A DNA stretch of 64,000 bases from the human T2T-CHM13v2.0 reference genome, Homo sapiens (GCF_009914755.1 NC_060947.1), one strand, 5' to 3'. Positions 14,919 through 29,908 are shown, counted from the stretch's first letter. Made by a program: numbers and translations. The notes: generated from the sequence alone by a model not told the origin.

Positions 14919-17900
14919 GATCAAATTTTCAAGACTTAGGAAGCTGTGCCATTGGTTGCTTCCCAAAGAAGCTGAGCAGTAAAAGTATAATTTGCATAGC
15001 ATTAAAATTTACTGACCACAGATCAAGTTAGCTGATCAGCATCATGGCAGAAGTATGTAAGGGCAAAGTCCTTTGTTTACTTGGAGTGGGTTCTGATGAA
15101 GTGAACATACTAAATGTATCTCCATAACCCCAACTCCCCAGGCACACATACCCTTATCTATTATTTCACCAGAATATCAATTTGGAAAATTCAAGTCGAG
15201 TGTGATGGACAAATTAAATAGCGTGGGTCATAGATGTATAATCAGTGTTCTGAAGACATTTTTACCACCCAGTCATATAAGTGAACCAAGATTCAGATAA
15301 GGTTGGAACTACTTTTCAGAGTACTTATCAGGTAGGAAAGAGAATGTCCTAATAGGGTTTGAAGGACCAAAAAGAACCTATTAAAGGAAATAGGCAAGAA
15401 AACTATGTTGATAGAGTTGATCCCAATTTGCCTTTTCATTTTGACAGACTAGATGTAGTCACAAATGAAGTGTTGAATGACTCACTTGTTCACCAGACTG
15501 GCAGTTCTCATCACTGAGTTACTTCACATTGATTATCATCCAGGCTGAATAAAATCTAATTACATCCTTTTAATACAAACATACAAGGTGGTGGTAGAAA
15601 ATCCACATAAATTTAAAACCTGCACTGTTCATCTCTAAAGTATTTGGGAGTTAAAAAAAAAAAGTCTACTATTTTCTGTCGGGGGTTCATGTCTCAGACT
15701 TCACCTATGTTATCTCTGTAGGTATTTCAACTGGAACTGAGAAGTTTAAGGAGATTATTTTAAATTAAGTCATTATTCATCATAAAATGGATTTCAGAAG
15801 CAACCCAATCTGCCAATAGCTTGCTGTCCACCTACATTGCTGAAAGAAAACCTTACCCAGGAATGGTTATTTTTACTAAACTTGTCTCATTGGAGTTTAA
15901 TGTGATTCTTCTATTAATAACCTCAAAATAACATCTCCTGAAATATTTAAAAATATGGATGGATTAGGATGGAGGAGTCAAATATCAAGTCAAATACAGT
16001 AGATAATTCTTAACTATAAAATTTTAAGATAGAAGTGGGAAGGAGGTATACAACTATATCATAATCTTTTTGAGGTGAGAGTGTTGTCTTTGTATATTTA
16101 TTCCTAACCTTTGATATAGTATATATATATATACACCCATAGGCACCCATTAAACCTTTACTGAACGATATATTTCTATAAAAATTAATTATTTCCATTT
16201 TCCATTTTAAAATCTGAATGGCGACATTTGCAATGACAGTATCATGTGTCAAAATTCCATAGTACATTTTCCTGAAATATCTACAGACACTTCATTGAAA
16301 ATAAACTGGTTGTAAATTAAAACAACATGTTAAGTACTTCTGTAACTATTAAATGTGAAAGATGTCTTCAGTTGTTTCGTAAAAACTTCACTCAAAGGGT
16401 ACTTCAGATCTGCCTTAATTTCAGAAAGTTGTTTTTAATGCAGATTTTAGAAAGTCAGCATGTGTGATAGACTCCTGGATAAGTAATTAAGTCATAAATG
16501 GCACTCTAAGGTCATAATATAACAGTAGGTGGATTAAGATGAAATACTACTTTCATAAGGAAATACTCCATGTCTTGTGATTTATACACACAGGATGGAA
16601 TTGTGATTTGGGAATTTAGAGGAACACTCAAATTATCTGGAAACAGTATTTTCTTACCTGTTTTGCCTATGGCTTAGGTTCATCAAATATTTTATTTTAC
16701 CCGGAATTGTGAATTAAAGAACTCCATAAGTGCTGTAAGTATAAACACAAACTATATTATCTATCACTAGTTACCACTTTATTTAGAAAAATAATATTTT
16801 ATCATGAAAATTTTGCTTCACATTCATAAAAATATTTTCCAACTCCTTCTCCCTATGGTATTAAAAAATAAAAAAAATCTTTAATATCCAGTCTTTTTGA
16901 AGTCAACCTTTTATGAGAAAATAGGCCCTCAAAATTTGGACAGATAATACTCAAACCACAATTAACAAGTCTCTGTTTTGGTCTGAACATTCTGAACCAA
17001 GGTATGAGCCCACTGTCTCCAATACTTACATAGAGAAAAGTAATTATCACTATCATTTCATGGTGTTGGATATCCTTGTTTTTGAAAAAGAAAAACTTAA
17101 ATCTAAGCACATACATTTAGAAGAAGGGGAGGCTCCAAATAACTATGTTAAGTAAATAAGGTTTTTCAAAATAAACACAAAACAATTCTACTCTCCCAGG
17201 AGTAGAATTGTGTTACTCTTGATAGACTTGAATATCTGCTATTGATGACCTTTGTTATCCACAAATAGCTTAAGACAAGTAGTCCTTGGCTTTGCCCTTA
17301 AATTTGCCCTCAAGCATGCTGATTATGGAACTGAGTGAAATAGAATTGAGTTCTGTCTTAGAACTCAAACAGAATTAGGAATCTTTGTAAGTGCTCAACT
17401 GGCTTAAATACTTACTTCCATTTTAAAATATTTTCTTCTCTTTCATTCATTAAAGAAAATATTTATTTTCAACTGTTTTATATTTAGCCTTAATCATTTT
17501 CTTGAAGATGTTCGTACCTCTACCCTTATCCCCTCTATAATCTAATCCTCCTCAGGCATTTGATTGAAGTATCATCAGCTATTTTTAGCAGGTCACTAAT
17601 GGAAGCCTGATTATATTTCTAAAACTTATGTTTCCAGAATTTCTATTTCTTCTTATTATTTGGGCGGTCAAGTTTTATTTGGGGCAATGTTTAAATTCAT
17701 AAAGCAAAAAGAGAAAGAAACATCCTCCTCAAGATTTCCTATGCAAATTCAATCTGTGTCTCAAGGAACTTGCATGGATATGGAATCTCACTGGAATAAG
17801 TCATTCTACACATGATTCAACATGGCATTCCATCTGGGTTCATCATTCAGATCTCCAGGAGTATAGTAACAGGGAAACAAGATCTGTTTCTTCTTAACCT

Positions 17901-18149
17901 AAGCTGGTGGCCTCACAATTAGAAGTTTCAGTGATGAGTAGTAGCTTAATAAATATTTATTAAATAATACGCCAAACAGAAGCATTACTGATTTTCTTTG
18001 TGGTATCATAGATATGTTGCTCTCATTTCAAAATGTAATTGGCTAAAAGCTTGGTAAATAGTGAAATTTATTTTAACAGCAGCAGTAGGGAATATTTTTA
18101 TAGTTAGAGTAACAGCCAAAAGAAAACAAAATAATCAAGAGTTATATAA

Positions 18150-18311
<162 letters not shown>

Positions 18312-19085
18312 TAAAGAACATGCAATTTCCATTTGTTCTTTTAGAAAAGAGGAATAAAATTAGTCTGTATAATAATTTTAACTGGTTTGACTATTTTGAC
18401 TTTGTATCAGGATAAATGAAGTTGTCCACTACAAAGGAGAAGGGTAGTAATTGAGAATTGAACACAAAGAAAGAGAAAGCCCAGTGAAAACCTAAAGGGA
18501 GAGAAAAGGAAAGAGTGTTGAGAATCAGAATGGGACTTGTAAAAAGTTAAAGACACATAAACATGAGATTCACAGAAGTCCAAGATAGAAGGACAGTATC
18601 TTGAAGTAGGTTTTTGTGTTTTAGAGATTTCATCTAGATTATACGGGCAGCCCTTTGTGCACTTGCTTCTGACCCACCTGGCTCGCCAGTACACGTATAC
18701 TTAAGATTCGTAATGCACATGCCAAGACATATAGTGGAGTTGAGTGTAGGAGTGCCGTTGTAGTTTCTTGTTTGCCTCAAATATAAATAGGCACTATTTA
18801 ACACTACATAAAAAGTATAGTTCTAAAAAATTTATTTAAAATTTACCAAGGCCTCTTTCATTTTGCCATAATCTCAGTAGACCAAGATATTTCCATCAGA
18901 TTCCTCAGCAAAAATCCTGAAATTGTTTAAGCTGTGTGATACAATGTCAGACTGGTGATGGGATTAAAAATAAAATGCTATGTGAAGTCCCCAAACTCAG
19001 GGCTTCTGACTTAGAAACTACTTGTATATGCAGTGCAAAAATTGCTGTTACTCCAACCAGCCCTAGCCAGTGTGATTGACCTAAA

Positions 19086-19246
19086 GCAAGAGGTCTCAAA
19101 CTGCAGTGGGCACAAGAATCACCTGGATTGCTTGTTTAAAATGCAGATTCCTGAGTTCCATACCCAGAAATTCTGATTCAATAGATGAGGTGTAGGGCCC
19201 AGAAATCTGTGTTTAACAAGCACCTCCACCCCCATCCTGAGATTCA
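19086..19246. mobile_element. MER5 (hAT-Charlie) DNA transposon fragment
   Basis: tctcaaactgcagtgggcacaagaatcacctgga...aaaatgcagattcctg...ttctgattcaatag...tttaacaagcacc. Confidence 0.75.
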
Positions 19247-20852
19247 GTAGTCACTAGTACTGTGAGCACTAGTAGTTGAAGAGATACCGTGCCCTAGGGA
19301 GTTATCTTCTCTTATGCTAACTAACTGGTAGCTAGTTGTAGCCATTTTGAAATAGTACTTCTCCCTCCACCATCCCTTAGGAGCTAAACTGAGGAGATGT
19401 TTCCAGTCTCTTGCAATAGAATTCGGCAATTGTGACTCGATTACCAGGGCTCTAGTTCAGTTTAGTGTGGGTTAAGTGGGCATTAAGGAATGTGTATTAG
19501 AAATTAAAAGGTTCATGTAACCTTATCTCTGTGGGGAAACAAAGGATGTGTTTAGGATAACTACAAAATGTTTGAATTGCTTAGATAAATTAAGAACAGT
19601 TTAAACTTAGAAATGACCTTGTGCCCAAGGTTGGATTCCCTCTGATTTTGCTGTGTGAAATTCCATGACCTTGTGAAACAAAGTGGTAGAAGCTAAAGCT
19701 AGCATTCCAGTATTATAATATTCTAAAAACTGAGGTATTGTGTTTTGTTTCGTTTGACCTGTATATGAAGATTATTCAGTTTCCACCCCCATTTCTGCAA
19801 AAAGAGTATAATATTACAGACAAAAATTAGTTCCGCTGATTTCTGAACTATGCTATATCTTGTTTGCTAGATATCAGTGTTATAGGCAAGATGTGTCCCT
19901 CCCCATTTTCTAAGGGAGGACATAATGAACAACATGCTTTCTCTATTCTCTCTCCCAACTTGTTCCTTCTTTTCTCAATATGACTCAAAAGATACTACAA
20001 GATGTTGCAGATAAAAATCTGCACTAGGCTAGAGATTTAAAATATTGCTGATTTGTTCCTGCTGACAATATTTATTAGATTCCTCAAGATCCAAAATAAA
20101 ATGACCTAAAAGAGGGTACAGTTTGTTTTATCCAAATTGTTATTAGTTTCTCAGGTCATTCAGAAACATCCATCTCTTCCAGTTTCTTAACTCCTTGGCA
20201 TGTGGCTTATGCTCAGGTGTAAAGTCACCCTTTCATCACATTCACTCTGTCTTAGCTTTTCGTTTCTTGGCATTTTGTGTTGTTAAGCATGCGGCCTCCT
20301 CATTGGAGCAATACTAGCTAGGCTGTTCCACTGTCTCACTGATTAGGACATGGTAGCATATATATCAGGTCAATCAAATACCCTTCTGGTCAGAAGACTA
20401 GAGAGGTTTTCTTCATGCTTCTTGATTAGATGAATTTGAGGAAAGATCTCGTATAGAAATAATTTTAATTTTCTCAAAAGAAATGGTAATTTTACATGTA
20501 TATGGAGAATATTTTAACATAAACTATTCTGATTAAAATTATAGATGTACATATACAAGTATAGTGGTGGGAAAATATTTTTCTGCACTGTGTGTTATTG
20601 TGTATATTTGGGAGATTAACATTTCCAAACAACCAAAGTTTAAAGCAAAAGGTGTCCCATTTATGGCCAAGTAGACTTGCATGCCAACAGAAAGACATTG
20701 TATTAAAACCATATGCAATTCTAGCCATATTTTTCTACTTTCTCTTCATGGGTATTGCATGATGGTATTTCTAATACAAATACTAATATGCTTTGGAAAT
20801 AATGGCACTCGCAGGTCTTTCATCATATTGTATCACTGCTTTATCATATTAG

Positions 20853-22050
20853 GCTAATACACTGCGAGAGTTGGTAGAACCTCTCCATGCCAAATCGGAT
20901 CCACTTCTGTTGGCACTCAACCCATTGGACTCACAGATTGATAAGCTAATGTTTAGAGAATTTAGATCGGAGAGAGTCGGTACGGCGCAGACTCAACATC
21001 AACCTCTTGCAAGCAACTAAAATGGCCTCGTCCTTGCTGTTTATAACAGAAAACAGACTTGTAAAAAGCTTAGATCATCAAGTGTTTTGGATTGGGGGCC
21101 TCCCAAAGGGATATAAGAGGGGCAGGCCACTCTTAAGAAGAATGCGAGCTTTCTACATTGGGACTAGCATAAGATCAAAGCCAATCAAGATGGAGCACAG
21201 TAACAGAAAACTGCGGTTTCTGTGGGAGAACAGAAGGGGAAAGGGTCTTAACTGGGAAAGGGCTCTGTGTGGTAACACCTCAGTTGTGTTCTCCTGACAC
21301 CAGGAAAAGAGAGGGATCAGCTTCAATAACTAGAAAATTCTGGCTGTTTAATGGACTCTTTGGTGGCCTCTTTAAGGCAAAGCAGAGAAAGCAAATTATG
21401 TATTAAGTGTATTTTGCATTTTTAAAACTTGACGTGCTGTATTGTACTAAATTAAGTGTAATCTATTAAGGCAAGGTATACACAATTTGCTTTGAAACTT
21501 ACTATGTTTATTCTATTATAAAGTGTATTCAGGTGCAACACAGAGACTGCTTTCGGTGACATTAATGAAGAAAATTTCTCATGCCAGGCTTTATTATAGA
21601 ATCTTCAGCTAAAATCCTAACTTTCTCCTTATTTCTTGGCACTTGTATACAAGTGGTGTTGCCTCTTAGGGCAGGCATGAGCTATTCTTTTCTGTAAAAT
21701 ATTTTGAATCTATAGGCTGTGGGTTTCATTTTTGAAAAGTATTTTGTCTGGATGTCTTTCAAACTAGCTTCAGATATTATTTAATACTATGTAACTGGGT
21801 CCCCTATGGCTCAATCAATATTGCTTATTTTTCTTCTGTAGTGGATGTGAAATTTCCTTTAGTTGGATAAGATACACTGTAATAATTTTAATGCTAATTA
21901 ATGATATTTCATACTGTGCAATGAACAGATAATTTAACACTGTATTTTGAAATGTTTTTTTCTTCCTGTCACCGCAGTGTGTGGTATTGCATAATGTGAA
22001 TACCTGTAAAAATATAAATTACTTAAAAATAAAAATATGACCAATTGGTA
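20853..22050 (+). other. CNKSR2: CNKSR2 alternative terminal exon (short isoform; adds only Ser-stop, then 3'UTR)
   Basis: Acceptor ...ttatcatattAG|GCTAA. The upstream exon must end in phase 1 with A (exon 28152 begins A|GT=Ser), so this exon reads A|GC TAA = Ser-stop. That fits my recollection of the 898-aa CNK2B/MAGUIN-2-type isoform lacking the last 136 residues. AATAAA at 22028-22033. Confidence 0.75.
22028..22033 (+). terminator. Poly(A) signal of the CNKSR2 alternative terminal exon
   Basis: AATAAA with upstream TGTA elements; a second AATAAA lies at 22161-22166. Confidence 0.6.
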
Positions 22051-25000
22051 TCAGATCTTTTCAGATAGCTAAATAATTTGCTAAGTATGCCTGATAGTAA
22101 ATATCTTTCTAAAAAGAAGTAATCAGTGCTTCTTTCTCACAAATGGAATTTGTGTCTGTGAATAAAATCACATTGATCTGCCTTACAATTGCCTCTGTGC
22201 TCTAACCATTTTAATGTGTTTTTTAAAACATATATATATAATGATGGTTCTGGTATATAGAAATCCATCAAAAAGCATTTTATTGGCTTTATTGGTATTT
22301 AATATTTATGGGATTGTCTTGGGTCATTCTCCCTGTTTAAGCCATAGTAAAATTTTGTGATCTAGAGAATTTGGTGTTTTTTTTTTCATTAAGGAATATA
22401 GTGACTCCACATTAATTTTCAAAAATAATCATCTCTTAGCTTTGGTTTTAAACTGTCTCCTTTATGAATTCCTGCCTGAGAGCCAGCACTTTGACTTCCA
22501 TATTCCTAGTGGTTAAATTTTCTAAATTCTGTGGGTAAACCTAAACTGTCATTTATATTTTTGATTGTCCTTCAAAGAACCTTCCCTTCTTTGGGGCAAT
22601 AAATCAATGCTAAGGACACCAAGGTTTTGCCATCTGAACTACTTGTCGTAAATACTGTAGTGCCCTGAAAATTCAACCACTGTCATGTATTTTTATCATT
22701 AAACTGCATAATTTAACAGAAATTACATGTTCAGAGAAAGAAGTATAGAATAAACTTTAGCTCTATCTCTTTTGTCACATCTTTATGGAGCAATATTTAG
22801 TGTTGTAAGGAAGGAATTGACAGACACAAGTACTTGATTTCAGTGAAGCACATTATCATTATTACAAGGATGGGCTTTACATGTTCTTTAAAAATACAGT
22901 TAGCAAATGTTGGTGGAGTCACTCAAACTGTTCTTTTAAGAGAAGGGGTTTTTTCTCACTAAAATAGACTTCTTTACTCAGAGAAATTATTTCCCAATAG
23001 TAATGTTTGTGTATTGTTACTTTGCCTAAAAGAAAATAAATAACTTACCCCTAAATATGAAACTAGTAGTTGATTACAGATGGAGGACTAAAAGCCAGCT
23101 TTTAAAATCTTATGCTTTTTTTTTGATATAACAAACTGCCTTCCCCAAACCCAGTTTTATAATGCTAGGCATAGCTGATTGACTTACATAAAAGCATGAA
23201 TTAAGAGAGCTAGTATTTAATTACAAACATTCAAATTATAGTATAAACCCCTGAATACTTAATCATCCTTATCATAAAACCTCCAAAGACATTAAGTCCA
23301 TTAAAAGTTTGTCACCTTACATATAAATAAATTATTCATTATGGCTTGCTAGTAAATTCATATTCATGGAAAATATTCGGGTGTTCTCAATGCAAATGTT
23401 AGTTGCCTTTTGTGACAAGAATAGTGTTTCACATACTTGATATCATTAGCCCGGAAGCCTTAAAGCACTCTGCAGCTGTACAAGAATGAATGTCTCTCAA
23501 ATCTGACTATGTCCAGTCTTCTCTACCATTTGTGATTTAGTCTTTCCCAACCTTCTGGGCTCATTACACAGCTGTATTGCAGAAGGAACAACTGTTTCCA
23601 CAAGGATATCATTGTCCAATTTTACAAGATCACAGATCCCTTCCGAAATATGTACCAGAACTCGTTATCCATCATTGGCTTCATTCTTCAAGAGCCCAAT
23701 TGGTTTACTTATTTGTTTTGTTTTCATTTTTTATGCTCCTTCAACATTGTCATTGCAGGGATGTGAAAATGGGGTGGATACTAGAGTAAAATTTTAGGTT
23801 GCCAAGTTTCATGAACAATATGATACAATAGATTGTCCTAATAATTACACAGTCACCTGTTAGGGAACCCTTTTTGGAGTAGTTCATATATAAAGAAAAC
23901 CATCACTCTGTTTGAATGTGTTGGGTTGCATGAGGCACTGTGCCAGGTAGAAGAAGGGGAAATGCAAATATGAGTGGGACAAATTCTACTCGTGGAAAAG
24001 TCACAGTCTAAGTCTCTGAAGTAGGGCACACAAGGGTCCATTAAGGTACAGGAAGAAAAAGCATTGGAATTTTTCCTTGGGTTTTATCTCTCATCCTTTT
24101 GAATTTCTTTCTGTGTATGTTTTATAACTTCTATCTATTACTATAGAGTAATACATGTATATAAGTTTCTGTTCGATAAAACGGAAGTGTTTTAACTAAT
24201 AAGAGTGTGCAATCAGAAAAAGTTTGGAAACCACTGAGCCTGAATGTAAGAAATACGTCAACCAAAGACTTTTTGGTATTTGAGAAATGCATTATGATCT
24301 TCTAATAAGCAATGTGCAAGAGATTCCAACAAACTGGTATTTTTCATTAGCTATTCTTTTCTTTGGGCTTTCAGTTATCACTTACTACCTAGAGGTCATA
24401 GGCAACCTGAAAAAGACAAATAATGATGCTCACTACATTCCTAGATTCACAATATTTCATAGTGGAGCAGAATATGAAAGGGACAATAAAGAGGATCTTC
24501 TTTCACCCCGTCAAGTATGACACAGCCATAAATGACCCTCCCTCGGCACAGAATACAAGTTAATTCATCAATAACTTAATTATGATCCTCAAATCCATCA
24601 ATCAATGAAATTTTATGTAGGAAAGAAAATTTTATATGCACTCTTTGCTTCAATAAAATTGGAATTCAAAAGTATGTAATCTGACACAGGACTAATTTAC
24701 ATGTTGTAAACGTAAATATAATTTGGGGGGAAATTTATTTCTGCATAGGCCCAGGTTTCCTGAATAAATTAGATACAGATTAAAATTTCATTATAGCAGT
24801 GATACAGTTCCTCATTAGGAATCACAGAAGGTTCCTATATATGTCCTGTGATTTGAATGTGGTCTCTACACTTTGCCAACTTTCAGAAAACATTCATTCA
24901 AATTGCAAAAGAGCTGGTTTTCAGCCAGTGTTCCAGTGGCTGAACTGGCACATTGAAAGAAAGTCAATCAGGAAGCAGACCTCACCAAGTGCTTGCCTCC

Positions 25001-26834
25001 TCTTCCAAAGCAAGCCTCTTCTAAAGGAAGAAAAAGCAAGGGTTGAAAAAAGAGAGAAGCCTGAAGAGAAGTGAGAAGGAGATGAAGAAGAGGGCAAAAA
25101 GAGAAGAAAATAAAGGTGCTTTCATATTTTCAGTTGCAACAGTAGCCCCAATTGACTTAATTGGTATTCATCTGAGAAAAATCAAGGAAACCAATTGAAA
25201 ATTATAAAAGAAAATAAAGGTCTGTTTTTGTCTTGAATGTTGAGTTCTGTGTTGTTTTGACTGTTGAGCACAGTGAATCAGATTTATAATGTGACTCTGC
25301 CCCTCACCAACCGCCCTTTTGAAAATGAAAAGACTCTTTGTCTAGTCTTAAAATGTTAAGTAATTGGTGGCATTTTGTGGTAGCCTGGCATCTCAGTCCC
25401 TCGTCCTTACTCATCCCACTACTGTGTCTTGTGTAGTGTATGTGTATGATGTGTAGGGGATGGGGGCAGGGGGTGGCTTATTATCTCTGATAGGAGCCAC
25501 ACTATCCCATTACTATACTTGGAAATGTTTCTGTGTTCCGTCTCATTGTGATTGCTTGTTCAAGTGTGCTGCCCAGAGATAAATCCATACTCAATTCTTT
25601 TTACAGCTGTCAAACCAGATTCTTTGTAGAATTATGTTGTCTTTTGATTGAATGCTTTTCTCCCCCGTAAGAGCAAGAAGGGGGAGAAACTTTCAGTTTT
25701 TATTGTTTAATACCTATGTATGTCATTTTATATATTGAATCTTCATTCATCCTTCTTAAAGTAAAACTACATTGAAATTTTATAAAATCAGTTATCTGCC
25801 CCAGTATTTCACAAGCTTTAAGAACTGAGGGAAAACTGGGTCAAAATGTTTTTTTAAACAAAATATATGTACCCTTCTACAATGTTAGGTAATATGGAGG
25901 AAGGTTCTTTTAAAATAAAAATTACTATGTAAAAATACTCTGCCTCCCTTAAATCCTAAAACTAAAATCTGAATCCCTTTTTCCTTCACCTTCTTTCTAG
26001 AACCAAAAAACTAATAATACATTAGGCCACCTGATACCTTAACTACTATAATTCACATCTGTTAGGCCTCGCATTTTCTACCCCACCCTCTACTCTATGA
26101 AATTACATCTGGCTTTAGATGCAGTATTGCCTTGAGGAAAAAAAGAATACGATAACTACTATATAATTCCTCAGGGTTCTTTCCTGGCCTATGATTTTCT
26201 GAAATAGACTTATGCTGTTTAAATGTGTCCTTGTTTTTACAACTCCATTTAGTTATTCTAAATGATCATATGATTTTGTGCCTTCCTCAAGCCAAATCAT
26301 TCTCAGTTAAGATTCCCTATCTTGCTTCCATTTTGTTCATAACCCACAAAGCAGTTTCTCCTTTTTACAGTCTTCCATCCCCCATCCCTCAAAATCCTCT
26401 AGGTGTTGAATATATTCAGCGATGGGCCAACAGAGAATTTAAAAGCTGTTATTTAAAGTGATTTTTGTATTTTTAGATTATAGTTCTAACTTAGATATAT
26501 GGTTAAGAAGTTAAAATTTATCACAGAGGACTTAGTGATAGCATGTGCTGATGATAACAAGGAATTTTCTAATAGAAGGACTCAATGACTATACCTACCA
26601 TTGGTTGTTAACTTCAGTAGCAGAGCCAAAAGTTGAATGTGGAATTTAAATAAAGCTGCTTTTTAATCCTAAAAATGACCTTTTTAGGTTAAGGTACTGT
26701 ACATTTTGGGTTTTTTGATAGTTTTAGATACAGTCATTTTGAAAAATTTTTTGAATGCTGCATTTTAAGGGCGTCTCACATTCATTGGCATCTACTGCTA
26801 AATACACATTTCAAAAGACAACTGAAAAAAATTG

Positions 26835-27058
26835 GCAGTATAGAATTCTTGTTAAAATCGTGGATTCTGGGGTCAGACTGCCCACATGGAATTCTAGCTC
26901 CGCCACTTACTAAGTGTGACTTTGAGCAAGATACTGCCCTGCTATAAATGAAGATAAAATAGATCTGCTCTTAGTATTGTTGTGAGGATTAAATGAGATC
27001 ATAAAGATTAAGCATTTACCCTGCTGCCTGGCACATCTAAATGTTAAATGGTATCATT
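26835..27058 (+). mobile_element. MIR SINE
   Basis: gtggattctggggtcagactgccc...ctagctccgccacttactaagtgtgactttgagcaag...gttgtgaggattaaatgag...tgcctggcaca. Confidence 0.85.
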
Positions 27059-28063
27059 ACCAATTAAGGAATCTTTTTTTGAAACTGTCAGAAAGCCTAA
27101 AATATTCACATGGACCATTGTGGAATGAACAACATTCCATATTTACTCTTTGGGCCAATATAATTATTTAAATATGATTCTGGCTATCTATTTAAAAAAA
27201 GATGATATAGCCCTACTCCAATCTACCACTCCAAGCAAAATCCTAGTTCATCTTTGTTTATCATTGTTGAGAAAGATACGACATTAGTGTTCAGGCAATT
27301 ATAAAAAACAAGATGGGAGTTTTATTTGTTCAGCTATGTCTAAGACCCTTATTGAGCCAGTCTCTCATTTTTTTCTCAAAAATATTTAACTGGAGTATTT
27401 TCTCCTCAGGTCTTACAAATACTAAGTAGCTTCTCTTAGCACGTGCCATATTTTCCCTCTATATTTGCATATAAACATATTCCCATGTTTCATTTTAATT
27501 AAAATATTGATAATTTATGATCAGTTACTATATTTACAATGTACAAGGCATTACTATGGCAGTCACATGAAACCTAGTAATCCTCTATGGCACAATTGGA
27601 AGATTTTTACAATCAAATATACTCCATTGAATGCCATTCAATCTTATGAAATCTGGAAAAATGTAAAAATCAGTTCATTCAGTATTGCTAAACCAGGCGA
27701 GCTCTATTAATCAGCATTTCTATGCTTATCAGCATAATGATAAGGGATGTTTATTAATGTTTTAAAATATAATGTGCAGGATTGTTTCCATGTTGTGTGC
27801 CTTTTGTATTCTAATTCTTTGAACTTGCTGGACTCAAGATATATATGGCAATTTGCTATCAAGAGTATATTTGGTTAATCAAATAATCCTATTATTTGAT
27901 CATTCTAAAACAATTAGCTGCCTGTAGCTAATGTTACCCAATATAACTAGCAGCTGTGGGTTTTTGTTGTTGTTTTTTAATATAATAGTGTTCTCATGGT
28001 CATTCATTATCCTGTTTTTCAGATAGTTTTGATATTTTAATAAATTTTCCATGTGTCAAATAA

Positions 28064-28417
<354 letters not shown>

Positions 28418-29109
28418 TAGGTTAAGAAATACAAATTGGGGGCTGGGGAGAAGAAGAGGCAAGCAGTAAGAACTTGAAGCTGAGCTATTTCTATGTCATA
28501 ATAACTATATTGGTAAAGAGGAGATCATCTTAACTTTTCATTAATGTCTCAAAGCACTGATTAAATGTTATTTTACTCAGTTCTAGGAGAAAACAGGATG
28601 TGATTTAAATTGTTTTCTAAAAATGCAGGGCTGGTGTTATTCCTCAGTCTATAGATTTTCTAAGATAAAAATACCATGTAGTGTAATTATTAGCATTACT
28701 AAAAGAACACAGCATGCATGCAGAATACAATAGTGGGTGCTAAAAGAGTTTGAGATATTTCGTGATTGTTTCCCGCATGAACTGCAGTGCATTTGGGATG
28801 AAGCCACGGTGATTTGTGTTCCATGTAGAAATTTTATAATTGTTCTGTTTACGTTATCAGTTCCCAACTTACATATTACCCTCCTATTATACATTTCTGT
28901 AAGTGTTTACATTGCCTCCAGTCTCCTTATTATATGCCCCCAGGTTGGGGAGGAGGTGGTGAGGACAGGAGAGCAGAGAGGCAGAAAGTTGGAAAAGGAG
29001 GCAGACAAGTGAGCCCTGCTCACTGTGTGTGGGGGAGTGTGGGAGATTGAAGGAGAGGGCCCACCGCACAAGCCACCTGAGCAGGCCCTGTGCCCTTATA
29101 AAACAAAAA

Positions 29110-29908
29110 CAGAAGACATTTATGCAGCCAACAAACATGAAAAAAAGCTCATCATCACTGGTCATTAGAGAAATGCAAATCAAAACCACAATGAGATACC
29201 ATCTCACGCCAGTTAGAATGGCGATCATTAAAAAGTCAGGAAACAACAGATACTGGAGAGGATGTGGAGAAATAGGAACTCTTTTACACTGCTGGTGGGA
29301 GTGTAAATTAGTTCAACCATTGTGGAATACAGTGTGGCGATTCCTCAAGGATCTAGAACCAGAAATACCATTTGACCCAGCCATCCCATTACTGGGTATA
29401 TACCCAAAGGATTATAAATCATTCTACTATAAAGACACATGTACATGTATGTTTATTGTGGCACTGTTCACAATAGCAAAGACTTGGAACCAACCCAAAT
29501 GCCCATCAATGATAGACTGGATAAAGAAAATGTGGCACATATACACCATGGAATACTATGCAGCCATAAAAAAGGATGAGTTCATGTCCTTTGCAGGGGC
29601 ATAGATGAAGCTGGAAACCATCATCCTCAGCAAACTAACACAAGAACAGAAAACCAAACACCACATGTTCTCACTCATAAGTGGGAGTTGAACAGTGAGA
29701 ACACATGGACACAGGGAGGGGGAACATAACACACTGGGGCCTGTCGGGGGGTGGGGGGCTAGGGGAGGGATAGCATTAGGAGAACTACCTAATGTAGATG
29801 ATGGGTTGATGGGTGCAGCAAACCACCATGGCACGTGTATACATATGTAACAAACGTGCACATTCTACACATGTATCCCAGACTTAAAGTATAATTAAAA
29901 AAAAAAAG
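29110..29908 (+). mobile_element. L1PA (approx. L1PA7/8) 5'-truncated LINE-1: ORF2 C-terminus, 3'UTR, poly-A
   Basis: Translation [26 protein letters not shown]...[12 protein letters not shown]...[14 protein letters not shown] is the L1 ORF2p cysteine-rich end; G-rich 3'UTR and A tail. Confidence 0.95.

Noticed and set aside
17182-17211. Perfect 12-bp stem hairpin acaattctactc/gagtagaattgt
   Set aside because: Too short for a pre-miRNA, isolated and AT-rich; most likely a small local template-switch or chance.
29029-29604. 191-aa ORF
   Set aside because: L1 ORF2p C-terminal remnant of a truncated L1PA; not an independent gene.
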